Shown here one piece after another: positions 1-12,954 of a stretch of DNA of 64,000 bases (position 1 is its first letter; every line of letters starts with the position of its first letter). The notes beneath the pieces were generated by a model. That model was not told the DNA's origin. It ran no database searches and worked only from the letters and a program-made list of their open reading frames with translations. The stretch covers positions 22,630,001-22,694,000 of the forward strand of contig OZ004614.1 of assembly GCA_963924565.1 (NCBI GenBank). The letters are read 5' to 3'. The translations under genes and the position numbers were made by a program. Source of the stretch: Ascidiella aspersa (Eukaryota).

Positions 1-1018
1 ATCATAGGCGAGGCTTTTCTTTCCAGACGCACACAGTCAATATTATTTTGAGTTTTTTAAAGAAGACAAACTGTAACCTCAATTTCAGTTTAATTTGAAA
101 ATACAGATACCGCGATAATAAAAATCCTCCGTAGACAATTTTTGTTATCGCCAATAAAATCCGCTGTAAATCATACGTATTGTCCCCTGCTCTTATGCAT
201 TCAGTTTAACGTTGTTGCTGTAGCTCTTCTAATTGTTTGTTACTTGTGAGTTTAAGAAACGGTTCCTCTCTCTTTTTTACGTTTTTCCCTTTTTCTCGAA
301 AGAAAGGCGCTAAATTTGACGTGCGCTGACTCTTTTTCTTTCTCGATCAATCCGTGGTCCGTGGCACTGTGTGACGTAATCGTATGACGTCGTACTTAAG
401 TGACGTGATCGTATGACGTAGGTTGCTGTGACGTCAGTCTGAGACAATGTCAAATAAACTTGTACGTCTTACTTGGTAGTGTGAGCAGTTGTGTTTTGAA
501 AACTAAAATAGTCATAGACAAGAGGTATTTAGTAAAAAAAAATCCTATAGGTTTACCTTTTATCGTGCAATTCATAAATATCGGAGATTTTACTAATTTG
601 ACAAATACTGGAATTAAACAGTATCGGCGTTTTCTTGGAATACGTTTTAATGAGAGACACGTTGCAACACGAACTAGGTCACCGTTCGATTTTAATTGGT
701 TGTGTGGCTGAATGCTATGTTAACATAGACTGTTAATTGAGATTTATTTGACAAATTACTTTTAGAAAGTTTCTGAAAGCAAATTTTAGAAAAGTTTCTG
801 AAGCAATACATGCATCATATCAATTAAATTTCAACTGGTTGAATGCTAATGTCTTTTTATGTTTTCATCTTTTACAAAAGTTTAGTACGATGTTGCTATA
901 TAACGATCTTTTATGGGTTCATTAGATAACACTTGAAATATTTTCATATTGTAAAAAAAATACGATACATGCTTCGAATAATGTTATATGTACGATTAGG
1001 ACGCAGCAGGCAACGGTG

Positions 1019-1115
1019 CTATGGTTGTTTCTGGACTTGCTCCCCTCCGAGCCTATATAGCTCAGTTCGTGGAGCGACGGTCCCGGTAGGTCGAGAGTTC
1101 TGAAGCCCTGCTGTG
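1019..1115 (+). mobile_element. tRNA-derived repeat (SINE-like), degenerate copy
   Basis: GAGCCTATATAGCTCAGTTCGTGGAGCGACGGTCCCGG...GAGTTCTGAAGCC has a decayed A box and B box and matches the better copy at 40735-40836(-), including about 30 bp of 5' flank. Confidence 0.55.
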
Positions 1116-1939
1116 ATATGACATCTAATTTACGTATCTTGGGTGACGCCATTAAACCTAATTTCATAAGTTTAATTCTGTAAATATACCCTAACCCTGC
1201 TAAATAAACGAACTGTCGCGAACACAATACTGTGTCCGCCATTTTGAAATATATACTTTGACGATTTTCAGCCGATAAACCCAGAAACTATTAGTTTTAC
1301 TTTTAGCTTGGTTTCTCAGTCGCACAATAATACACGTGCTAACTTTTAATGTAGAACGCGGTAAATATCACAGCACTTTGAGGCATTATGACTGTCATAC
1401 GGTTAACCGTAAAAACACGTTTAACGCTTACAAAAAAATAATTTTAAGTACAAAATTTAAAGACACAAAGTTGTGACACAAACACCGCAGATAGAACTGG
1501 AAATTTTTGCAACAGTTTAGTTATAGCTATTGATAGTGATGTAATTATGATGTTAATGATGTGGTACTAGGGATGTAATGGTTGCACTTTCTTAAGGTGA
1601 TGTAACGTGCGCGTTAAATCATTTGACGTGCCCCAAAAAATCATCTCGCGTGCCAGGGTTTGCCGACCCCTGAGCTAGTTGTTATTCAGTCTGGCTTGCT
1701 TGCACTACAATCCTAATCAGGCTGAAAGATTTAGGTAAGCCTCTCCGAAGACAGACATATTGTGTACTATATATGGGTGCCGTTATTCTTGGCCAGTACG
1801 ACTCCAGAAGGGCTTGATCACACAACACATATTGTGCATACCGGTATGTATGTTTCAGTTGCAGTCCATTCTGTTCGCGCTTATAGTAGATATTAAATCT
1901 ATATGGCTCGATTTGACCACAGTTATAGTCTACAATAGC

Positions 1940-2345
1940 CTCGGTGACTTTTTTTATGGCCCTAACTGACCCCTTAAATAAATAATTAGGCTTGGGTATA
2001 TTCCAAAATAAAGCAGCTCGTTTTACACAGAACGTCAACCTAACAAAGTCAATATTTATTAATAAACCATTATGCCCTTTACCACACAAACCTTTGGCCC
2101 AATTCTACATAAAACCACGCTATAGCTCAGAAAGATACGTTGGTTGGTTGAATGGATGATAAACTGAACTGAGGGGAATGAGACCTAGCTAACAGTACTT
2201 TAAACTGTGGCTGCAAAAAACGTTTAGTGCAGCACTAATTAGACGTTTCTGTGCCGTTTTCCTTAAAAAGCGCTTAAAAGATTTCAACCTTTGAAATAAC
2301 CATTTCTGAAATAACTTAAGTCCCAGTCAAATCATTCGTAAAATA
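1940..2345. repeat. ~400 bp dispersed direct duplication (other copy ~3990-4430)
   Basis: TATGGCCCTAACTGACCCCTTAAA...GCTCGTTTTACACAGAACGTCAA...ATTCTACATAAAACCACGCTATAG...AAGTCCCAGTCAA is shared by both locations. Confidence 0.8.
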
Positions 2346-2591
2346 GACAAATGTGCCATTACGGTTCTGACTACAGGCTGTATTCCACCCATTAACGTAA
2401 CTAAAATAAGGTGTATATTCACCAATCCACTAGGGGTGTCATATAATTCATCCAATCGCAATACATGTTGGGAAAATATCCACTATTTGCTATTCCGCCT
2501 TTACAATTTACGGTTGACGACCATATCAGTTTCAAAATCTGTTACTGCACATGCGCACGTCAGACTCGGGTGCCATGGTCTTACTCAAATC

Positions 2592-2829
2592 TTGGAAACG
2601 GGTGGTAGTTAAAACAAATGTAAGTAACAAGGAGACAACAATGTGCTGATTTCAATTTAAACGAAATTGACAATTTGTAAGTATATGGAAACGTCACTGT
2701 GCCTTAAATATTTTAATGTTGTGAAAATTACATATTTATATTTTTATTTTACAGTTGATTTCATCGGCGGGGAATGTGTTGGAAACGACTGTAAGTGGAC
2801 AGACGGAACAATGTTTTTAAACTATTCAG
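2592..2829 (+). pseudogene. Relic of the CTLD-Ig receptor family (end of CTLD exon 1, intron, CTLD exon 2)
   Basis: 2755-2829 (ag|...|gt) reads DFIGGECVGNDCKWTDGTMFLNYS versus AFIGGERDGYDFKWPDGTTFLTST in copy A. The upstream intron matches 15447-15568. The exon-1 end GGAAACGGGTGGTAG has an in-frame stop. No other family exons were found nearby. Confidence 0.85.
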
Positions 2830-3000
2830 GTTTGGAAAAAAATTAGGTATTAGGGATGTCCGATAAAAACGGAGCCGATACCCGAGGTAAAGTGATAGTG
2901 TCGGTACTCGTCCGATACCACGATATTATCGGTGTTGATCCAATACCAATTTTATTTGTATATTACAGCCATGCTTTGCGATCCAACGAAGAGCTTAAAC

Positions 3001-3811
3001 CATAGTCGGCAACCTACGGCCCGCAGGCCGAATCCGTCAAGGTAATTCATCCGGCCCGCTGCCCCTTTGACAAACTAGGCACGAGTCTGCATACTTTTTT
3101 AGGATTTTAACTACGTGGAAAAAAGAATCATCGTTTTAAATCCGGTTTGTTTACGTTTTAATGCTGTCTTTTTATTAGCGCTTCTTTATCGTTGTGGCGT
3201 GGAAGCCTGACAAGTGCGTCGCGGACAAACGGGAAACGTATTGAAAAATATTGGACGTGTATTTTTTAACATTTTATTATTTTCGGCAATGTAATAAAAA
3301 ACTTGCAAGAAATTTAAAAAAAATAACGGTATTTAAAAAAAATCGCGCTCGCTTCGCTCGCCAGGACTTCAACAGGTTAAGAAACACTGAACTAGATTAA
3401 CCATTAAAGTTATCGCGTAGTTTTATTACACTTTTCATAAGTAGTATGGATGACGACGCGTGGACTCGAATTTTAAACCAAACAAACGTTTTTTTTTTCG
3501 TTTTTTGCTCTCACACTTTCCAGCCTCCTCAAATGTAATTGAAAAGGTTTTCAAGTGTAAAAAACCCAAGGCCAACCTTGAACACAGTTGTTCTAACATT
3601 TCAATAATACAATTCGGATATTGTTGCACTGAATATGTGAATAATAGAAATCACCTTGACCCTTACAAGATAAATGTCGACCTTCATTCCTGATCAGTAG
3701 GCCTAACAGCAAAATGCTGTTACAATTCGGATAGTTAACATTTTGTGCGGCCCGCAGACACCTTTTTGAGTTCGGTTAGGCCAGCGACTAGAAAAAGGTT
3801 GACGACCCCTG
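3001..3811. mobile_element. hAT-like non-autonomous element (MITE)
   Basis: Degenerate termini CATAGTCGGCAACCT / AGGTTGACGACCCCTG with internal GCGGCCCG motifs; nested in a TAGGGATGTCCGATA-type element. Confidence 0.55.
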
Positions 3812-5526
3812 GTTAAATCGGTAATGGAAAAATATTACACTGATGGAAAATATTACACTGAACTTTGAAGATAAATATAGGCTTATTCCAAATTTTAACT
3901 CCGTCTATTACCCTTAAAATCATTATGATTGCTACAATTTCACCATTTTGCTCTTTTAACCATGATGCCATTTGGTATGGATCGCAATATTTTTTGTATG
4001 GCCCTAACTGACCCCTTAAATTATTAAGCTTGGCTATATTCGAAAATAAGGCTGCTCGTTTTACACAGAACGTCAATAATTATTAATAAGCCACTGTGCC
4101 TTTTTCCACAGAAGCCTTTGACCTAATTCTACATAAAACCACGCTATAGTTCAGAAAACATAGCCTACGTTGATCGGTTGGATGGATGTTAACTAAACTG
4201 GGGGAAATAGAACTGAACTGTGGGGATAAGAAAAGCCTAGTAACTGTACTTTAAATTGTGCTGCGAGAAACTGTTAGTACAGTGCTTATAAGATGTTTTA
4301 GTGCCGGTTTTCCTAAACAGCGCTTGAAAAAGTATAACCTTTGAAATAGCGCCTTGAAAATAATATCTGAGTTGTAAACAAGCCATTTTGAAATTACTCA
4401 AGTCCCAGTCAAGTCATTTGTAAAATAACTTAAAAAATCAAGTTAACTAAAACTAATTCAAGTAAAATAAATTAAGTCCCAGTCCGAGTCATCAGTTGCC
4501 CTAGATAAGTCCCAGTCAAGACATTATTAGAGCAAGTTAGCTTTAAGTCAACTCATTGATATAATAATAACACATTGTTTGTAAACTTGTCTGACTTAAC
4601 TCAACTAAAAAATAACAAAAACCAACTATATTATGACATAACTTGTTTTAAGTGCAAATTTAATGCAAACAATGAATTTTTTTAAAAAGCATTCAATAAA
4701 AACACTTTGTTTTGAGTAATTTTACTAAATGACTTAAGTTTAAGTCAATTGATTTTCGCAAACCACTGGGTTTCAAGGCGTTTGACAACGGGGCGTTAGC
4801 GCATTGACTTGAGTCGTTACAACTCGGTTAGGTTGTAACCTGGTATACCAATTAATAAATAAACAACGCACCAGGATGTGCTAATAATTTTCATCCAAGT
4901 GAACTTTCAGCATTTTAAACATTAGGAAGAACGGATACTGCTTTTTGTTTTTCATTGTTCAAAGATAGCACCTCGTATGGGCACATCAGTGGTGTAAGTA
5001 GATTACAATGTTCAGGAACGGCGATCAGGTTAAAAGGATTGCCAGTACGCCGTACCGTAAAAAAATGTTTAAATATTTTAAAAATGGTATTTTTTATCAG
5101 GGTAACCGGTCATCTCTTGAATATATTTAAACTAGGATTATAGCTGCTTATTTTTACACGACATCGAACGATAAGCTCAGATTTCCTAAGGCTACTTGTT
5201 TAAAATAATACAAAAAAACTTTGGTGGTTTCAAGAGGGCAGGGAAATACCGTTTTAAGCTTTCAAACATGTTTTGCTTCAACTTTTCTGTTTTGTAATGT
5301 TTCTATTGCTTTTTGCGCGATAATAATTTAAACCACGGACAAAAGACCCACGAGAGATAAAAGATAGAGTCAAAATGAAGTTAGATCACACATCAGGTGA
5401 TCGGTTCTAAGTATTAAAAAAAAGTGTCAAAATATTTAGGACGTCCAGTTATAGCGTAACTCTGTGACGTCACCTCAGAAAGGGTGCCTAATCACAGTTT
5501 AAGAACCACTTGTTTATTGTCTAGTG

Positions 5527-5838
5527 CAGGGATGTACAACCTGCGGCCCGCGGGCCACAGTGCGGCCCACCTAAAATTTTTGTGCGGCCCGCTAGTCATT
5601 TTGACTCCAAGTAGTATTTTGAACTTTGAATCTTAGCCGAATTAAAAATATAACAATCAGCTATTAGGGGGCAGTAATAGTATAGTAGGCCTACTTGTAA
5701 AAAAATATATATATAGCTAGAAAGTCCCGTTTACACTACTAGTCATTATTTGTAAAATAAAATTTAATAGATTGTGCGGCCCATTCAAATATTTGAAGTT
5801 GCAATGCGGCCCTTTGCAAAAAAGGTTGGACATCCCTG
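5527..5838. mobile_element. hAT-type MITE
   Basis: TIRs CAGGGATGTACAACCT / AGGTTGGACATCCCTG with a perfect 8-bp TSD GTCTAGTG. Confidence 0.9.
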
Positions 5839-6879
5839 GTCTAGTGCACCAAACCGGGATACCGCACCATCGTGGGATACCATTTTTTTTCGCGACCGAT
5901 AAAAGATTGGGAAAAACTGGTCCAGCAAAATGACCAAACGCTATATATTTTAATTAAGTAAATACAACCGTTATTTTTTTTTGTCATACACATACGGATA
6001 AAAAATTCCGCTTTATTTTACTCGATGGAATAATGAGTAACTCGTAACTACTCGTCCAGTACTCGGTTAACTATATAACGAAGAAATTTTTTTCAGCATA
6101 CGTTTATGTTATTTTTGTCGAAGGTATTTCGTGAAAATAAAAAAAAAGCTGTTTATGCCCCCCCAAAAAACGGTTCGGTGAAATATTATTGTTGCAGAAA
6201 GAGTTTAAAAAGTAGCTTAATTAATTATCTTTGAATGTATTAATTAGATGTAATTCGCGCAAATTCCCACTCATCCAAGAATGAAAAATGTTCAGAGTTA
6301 AACTGTTTTGCTGGATTCAGCCCAAACATATAAATATACATTATTTGTTTCTTTCTTGATTTGCGAAGTTGGCTTTCTTGATTTGCGAAGTTGGCTATAT
6401 GTTATGCCGGTTTTAATATATTGATCATATGATGTCTGACCAAACAACCATACTTACAAATGTAAAACTATTTCAAGCTAGGCAAACGCAATACGTTATA
6501 CATAATATTGCAAAAAGAGCTGCAAGCTTTAAAAACGTACAGTGTTTTAATGCCTTGAAAGACTGGTACTTGACTTGTTAATTATTCGAAATGATGTGAC
6601 TGGAACTTGAGTCTTTTTCAAAATGCCTTGTTACGACGCTGAAAAAGTAACTCAATTACTAACTTGAAAAAACGAGTGCGATGTTTGGGTGTAATTTGTT
6701 GATCCTCAACTCATTTTTTTCTCCTGGGAGCCAGGCATATTTCACTAGACAGCCAAGAATTGAAAGAGTCAAATTGTTTTGTTCGATTCGGCACAAACCT
6801 AAATTACGGATTATTTGCTTTAAAACTTTCTCGTGTTGCAGAGTAAGACATTTGTTTTCAGCTATCTTTCCTGAATAAA

Positions 6880-8067
6880 ATGAACGACTGGGCGATCAAT
6901 TCGTCGTCAAACTTCAGCCAATCGCAATGCACGGGTCCTCCGACGGCTGAGATCAACAGTTCAGCAACCGTGGTTGCCATTGCGATATTGCTGGTTATCA
7001 GCGTCTGTCTTGTCATTGTAGCAATTACCTATCAACTGACCCAACCAAGAAACAGTCAGTTGAAAGTTGTTAATTGTCTTTGTAGCCTTGCTGCGGTCTC
7101 TACCTTCATGGCAATGGTTTGGTTGCTGCTGGTTGCCGTTTTGACAAATAACCGGGCGATTTGTAAGGCCGCTGAGCCTGTATCATTTGTGTTCTTATAT
7201 ATCCAAACCTTGTCTTGCTACTTGGCTATTTGGCTCCGTCAAAAATCAATTCGCGAAAAGTTTCCTTTCACTGTGGAGTTTACGAGTAAAATTGAGCTGG
7301 CCAGTAACGCAACTCTTGTCGGATTTGTGATCCTTACTTGTTTTTACGTGCTTTCTTCCATCTCTATGAAAGCGACTTACCGTCCAAAGTTTGGTTGCTG
7401 TGTAGAAGCTGTCGGGTTTGTTTTGTCAGGCTTGACCACTTTCTTCTCTGTGGCTTGTCAGGTCAGCCTTGTCTCTTTGAATATTGCTCCAGTGTGTAGA
7501 CTGAGGCGGCATAACAACGATTTATTTCCAATCTGCAAAAAGCTCCTGGCCTGTACGATAGCAACTGTTGTGTCCGATGTAGCAGTGCTGCTAGCAAGAC
7601 AGATTCCAATTTCAAAGGCCACAACTTTCTGGTTGATTTCAATAGCACCTCCGCTCAACGCCGTTTTAAACAATTTGTTTCTCTGTTTGTCCTTCGGCGA
7701 TTATAAGATGAGACTGTTTCCCTTTTTTGTCCATTGTTCCTTGATCTTTTACCGGAAAAATCGAAAAATAACAGCAAAAAATAACGCCGACGCTGTATCA
7801 TGTTTGAATAACATTGACAAACCAACCATCGCCGTTAATCGAAGCATTTGGACAGGAGGTGGCAGCAATACTTTACCAAAAAATACAATTTTGCCTTCAG
7901 GCATTATTTCAGCTAGCCACCTCAGCACAATTTTCCCCCGAGAACCTTCAAATAGATTCCAGCAAAAAACTATCGCCTCCCCGAAAAGAATGCAAATATC
8001 CAAAGCGGAGGTATCCACAGGAGATAATCAGAAACACGTTCCTTCGATAAGAATTGCATGGGAATAA
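6880..8067 (+). CDS. Intronless orphan 7-transmembrane (GPCR-like) protein, 395 aa
   Basis: Single ORF with N-terminal N-glycosylation sequons (NSS, NFS), seven hydrophobic segments, Cys at the start of TM3 and in ECL2, 'YLAIWLRQ' at the DRY position and a long hydrophilic C-tail. Confidence 0.85.
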   Translation: MNDWAINSSSNFSQSQCTGPPTAEINSSATVVAIAILLVISVCLVIVAITYQLTQPRNSQLKVVNCLCSLAAVSTFMAMVWLLLVAVLTNNRAICKAAEPVSFVFLYIQTLSCYLAIWLRQKSIREKFPFTVEFTSKIELASNATLVGFVILTCFYVLSSISMKATYRPKFGCCVEAVGFVLSGLTTFFSVACQVSLVSLNIAPVCRLRRHNNDLFPICKKLLACTIATVVSDVAVLLARQIPISKATTFWLISIAPPLNAVLNNLFLCLSFGDYKMRLFPFFVHCSLIFYRKNRKITAKNNADAVSCLNNIDKPTIAVNRSIWTGGGSNTLPKNTILPSGIISASHLSTIFPREPSNRFQQKTIASPKRMQISKAEVSTGDNQKHVPSIRIAWE

Positions 8068-8896
8068 ATCAAGGGGCAAAAAGCTTTAAAAATATTTGTT
8101 TTTCTGGCTTAGTTAGGTCTGCTTGTTATTGTTGACCTTGCAAATTCCAATGTAAGTATTTTGTGACCAATTTAATTGTGTAAGCGTTCTATGGCTTAAT
8201 GTGAAAGGTCACTTAGCACAGGATTCAAAGTTAGGATTCAATTTGAAAATTTAGGCTTTTTTTGAACCTCTTTGGATTTAAGAAAAATTAAGAAAATTTG
8301 CCACAAAAAGAGAAATTCAATGTACCAGCATGACCATTTATTGCATTTTTTTATTTATTTAAGGAAAAACATAAGCTTGTTAGAGTTTGTAGTAGATTTG
8401 GCTTTTTTATTTTTTCTATCTGGCAACCCTGTAGCACATGATGCCATATCATTGTAGTATAAATGCCCTTACTTCAATTGTTACTACCTTGTCGCAAGAA
8501 GGCTGCTTCTGCTTTAATAAGATTGTTTTGTATACACTATATTGAAGATAATATTTTAAAAGGCATTTTGTTTCATAAATTCTTGCCTAATGTGTGGGGG
8601 GCGGCCACGTAGTCATGGCCCACCAAACTGGATTATTTTCCTATTTTGGCTATGTATGAATGTATGTGTTAACCCATTTTATTTTTAGCCCAAAGGCGTC
8701 TTGCTTCTTATCGGATAAAGCTTTAAACGAAAGTTTTGCCAACTGAAACAACATAAAGGCTTTGTGTGAATCAATAATATCTCTGTAATTTAACTTTTGT
8801 ATTGAAATTAACACCTCTCCAATCCTAAATTTAAAGAAAATAATCGAACTGACTAGTGGTATTAAGGTTATTCTTCATAACGTCACGTTTAAACGC

Positions 8897-8986
8897 AACT
8901 TTGTGACGTCACATTTTGGCTTAACTTGGTGACGTCATGTTTTGACTTAACTTTGTGACGTCATGTTTTCACGTAGCTTTGTGTCG
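8897..8986. repeat. 26-bp tandem repeat x3.5; each full unit contains TGACGTCA
   Basis: Units start at 8897, 8923, 8949 (AACTTTGTGACGTCATGTTTTGACTT-like), with a partial unit at 8975. Confidence 0.85.
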
Positions 8987-9627
8987 TTTGTATGCCACCC
9001 AAGCAAAATCCTAGATCCGCGTCTGTCTGTAAAATACTTCAGTATCGGATCATCTTGTATGTTGTAGAGTGTTTTTGGTGTGTCGTCGCTTATTAAAAAA
9101 ATATAGTTAAATTCTCTTTCTCAATAATTATCACCTTTCAGGATTCAGTTTTTCAAGGCGAAACATGTGTTTATAACATTTTTTTTTTGTAAAAGTGTAT
9201 TCGATTTAAATAAACGGCAAAATATGAGATTGAAGACATTTTACACTTTAGTATTTCCTAAAAACTTATGTCCTTTAAACTTCCCCAATATATTTCGTAA
9301 ACCATTTTTAAGATCGATTCAAAATGCGGTAAACTTCGCCTCTCAAAGGATTTTTTTTTATATTTAGGGTGATATGAACACACTTAGGCGGAATTTTTAT
9401 AACATTGTAACACAAATGTAAATGTCAGTTTGTAAAAACAATCTGAGCTGCCATTTTTATTTTAATTGTTCAAATAAAAATGGTATTACACAGGACTGTA
9501 TAAGTTACATTTACATTGTGCACACATTGCAGCCTAAATACAAGTATGTAATCCACAAGCATGGCCTGAGCGACACACGCCTATAGTGCTACGATGAAGG
9601 CTGCAGTGCTGCGGAGTCGGTTAGTAC

Positions 9628-10002
9628 GGTGATTCTCAACAGCCGGGCCACGTCAACTTTCTGCCTGTCCGCCAAATACATTACAATTTTTATGTGTCTC
9701 GATTGCAAACCGCGAGATGTTGAAGGATTGTCCATTAAATTTAAAACTTCGCCAGTTCCGTAACACAGAGTTAATGGTCTTCTTTGGACTTAATCGTACG
9801 TCACAATGCTGCAAGTGTTGTGCCAAACTGGCTACTTAAACTTTAAGACCAGTTGTATGTCAAAGCTGAGAAGTCTAATAGTAGTATACTTTTGCCGTAA
9901 TTACATATTTGGATTGATTTGCATTTTTGAAGGTCAACCGGTCCGCAAAATTTGTTCCTAAATTTTACCCATCCGTAAGCTAAAAATGGTTAAGAACCAC
10001 CG
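9628..10002. mobile_element. hAT-type MITE (inverted relative of 17082-17443) nested in a CAGTGCTGCGGAGTCGG element
   Basis: Termini CGGTGATTCTCAAC / GGTTAAGAACCACCG; the interior is the reverse complement of the 17082-17443 element. Confidence 0.7.
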
Positions 10003-12954
10003 GCACTGGGTTAGAAATAACCCGAGTCCGAATCTGGCTAAATGTGCCATAATTCCATTACAGCCGGACTTTTAATAATCCTCGTCGCGTCATGACATAA
10101 CTTTTAATCCCATCTCTCAAAATGTCATGGCCTTAATAAAAAAAATCTTAGAACCTATATATTGACGTATGAAATACTCAAAGCCGTGTGTGTTATCAGC
10201 CCGCTACTGTGTTGGTATAATTTCGCTTCAATTAATATTCGTGTAGGTGGGCATGAGCTAAGATTTACAAATAACTCATACGTGGGATGGCTTCCATATT
10301 CAGCTATTCCAGTGCTGCGCAATCATTATGCAGTTCCGGCACACAGAGCTAAAAAAGAAAGCGCCACCACCCACAAGATCTACGTCAGTTTACATATTTA
10401 ATCAGGTGTTCTTAATTTTTTTTTTTGATCCGCATGGACCAGTGTCGGCAAGAATTTTTTTAGAGCTGACGTCATAATACAAACAGACTTCAAATATTTG
10501 CTGTTTCTGGTCTAAAAATGTTAAAGTGAATTGAAGTCTAAGTATATTCAGTGCAGACGTTTTTTTTTAACTATAGCCTACTGTTTTCGTTAAATAATAG
10601 ATTGCTGAAATATACACCTATACTAGTTTTATTAGGCATTCATGGACCTCTTAAAACTAGTTCACGTACCCCAAGGGGTCCATGGACCCTCGTTTAAGAA
10701 CCCCTTTATTGTAAAGCAAAGAACAAAACAAACTTTTTTACTGAAAGGTGTCGAACGCGCAAACAAATGGGCCTATTACATTCGTTTATTTTAAAATTTT
10801 GCTCTGTTACGGTCGAAAAATATATAAAGCTGGCTTATATTCTAAAAAATTATATTTTCTTTCTATAGCCGATTAGCGGATCTGAGGTCATTAAAGACTT
10901 TTAATAGCACTCGGAAACTGAAACCTGGCAATTGTACTTTGTACTTTTTTTCTTTTTTTAAAAACAGCAGCCGAGACTTATTTATAAAATGCGAATTGAG
11001 GCTATAATAATAACGACAAAATGTCAATAAATTAATGGAGCAGTTTTATTTCATGAGTTTCGAGCGTCTAAGCTTTGTATAAATAAAATAAACACTATTG
11101 TATAGTAGACGCATTAAGCCTGGCAGTTGAGTTTGTAAAAAATAAAATTCTGAAAAAGCATTTTCGGCGATTGAACGTAACAAAATTTTTTTTTTTAAGT
11201 TTTACATAAGTAAAAAAAATTATAAAGTTACACGTGGATTATTGCACACTGCCAAAATGCCTGCAATGTAGGCTAATCGTTGTGAACTTTTTTGTTTTGT
11301 TAATGCTATACTGTTTATATGTGGGCTACCTTCAAAAAAATGCAAGTGAAACTATTCAGGAAACACTGTGTGTTTTGTGGGCATGGGCTCGCGGCCCACT
11401 GATTGCGGAGCACTGCGTTAGTCTATCGAAACATTAAGTGGGCAGACGGACAAAATACGTCGTAATTTTACTGTTACATACGTTTAACGGCGCTTGTCAC
11501 CTCTTATACAGGTTAATAGGCTTACTTTCACTTAGTATTCGCCGTTATACAATGCTATTATGAATAGATTGATATTTTGGTCGTTTTTGATCTGGAATTA
11601 TCAAATTGGACTCTCAGGTCAGTTTGCTTTGTGTTTTGTGAATGTCTATTATGATATGCCGATACTTTGTAGCAACAGAATTTTCCTAACCTAAAGTCTG
11701 ATTCAAGCAACTAAAACCAATTGGTATCAACTTTAATTGCCTGTGGTCGAAATTCGTCGCAAGGCATTCCTACATAAATTGGCCCTTTTTTCGTTACTAA
11801 CGTTTGTTAAAGACTAAACCAGTGATGCTCAAACTGTGTGCCTTGAGATATTGTTAAGGTGTGACGCGAAACTTTTTGTAATTCCGGAAAAGAGTGTATT
11901 TTGTATTACCAATAAGCATTTTAGACTTAAATACGCACTATCCATTAGAAATTAATAATGCTGAGATATTTACATATAGTTATAGTCGTGTGTTAAGAGC
12001 GATTGTGAAATTACTCTATGGTTGTTTCTGGTTAAGTGTGTCGCGAGCTAAAATAATTCGGGAACCATTTCAAGAACTAAACAGTTAAAGAGTGTATTAC
12101 GTAATATTGGAAATCTGGAATTTAGAAGGCACTGTTTAACAACAAATTGTATTCAAACCTTGACAAGTTTTCGCCCAACCGTTCTTCATAAGGTCAAAGA
12201 AAAACTGTAAGCAATTAAAGAGTACGAGAGTAGAGGCACAAGCGCGAGTAAAAGGCGATAAGAATAATTGAGTCCAATATATCCAAATATCTCTCACTGA
12301 CGCAAAAACACAGTAATAGCTGGAGGTCTGCATTTAACTGTACGTTTGGTGTATAGAAGCTAACAGTAGTTGAGTTATAAAAGCTTGCTGTAGGGCGTAA
12401 TGTGAGTGTAGAAGACAAGCTTGGTAATACTCGACAATTTTTCTATTATTGCTTGCGTGTTGAATGACGATAGCGAACGTAGAATTTTTCGCGCGGTATA
12501 CCCAACTTAAAAAAGTGTAGAAACAGTGCAGGTTTTCTGTAAGACGTAAAGCATAACAAGTTTTTTTTTTCTTCTCTTTTTAGGGCGAAGTAACTCAGGA
12601 GAGGTGAGGTTAGCAATTTGCTAACTCCCCCTTCGGTTCGGGCTCATCATTGCCCCATTTGTTTTATTTTATTTGAAGCTCTGGCATGTAAACGCCTTGT
12701 AAATGGGAACAAAAACATAACAAAGTTTGATGTCTGGCGTGTGTAGTGTATTCGTATTGGTGCCGACTGCACCACGCACCGGAAAACAACAGCTTTATAT
12801 AACAAATAATTGGCCTCAAAGACTAGAAGTTAATCACATTCTTTACGTGGAAAGTGCTAACCTCCGCACCTAGTTAAGTAATTGTGCGTAACTATGCGCC
12901 GCGCCATACTGCGCGCGCAAGAACGAAAAACAAGCCACAGCGAACGGACAAAAA

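Noticed and set aside
8897-8986. CRISPR-like array
   Set aside because: Contiguous tandem units without unique spacers, in eukaryotic DNA.
12600-12655. Hairpin GTTAGCA-ATT-TGCTAAC and a minus-strand ATGATGAG as a third hammerhead
   Set aside because: The core lacks the first C and a proper GAAA, and the stems do not assemble.
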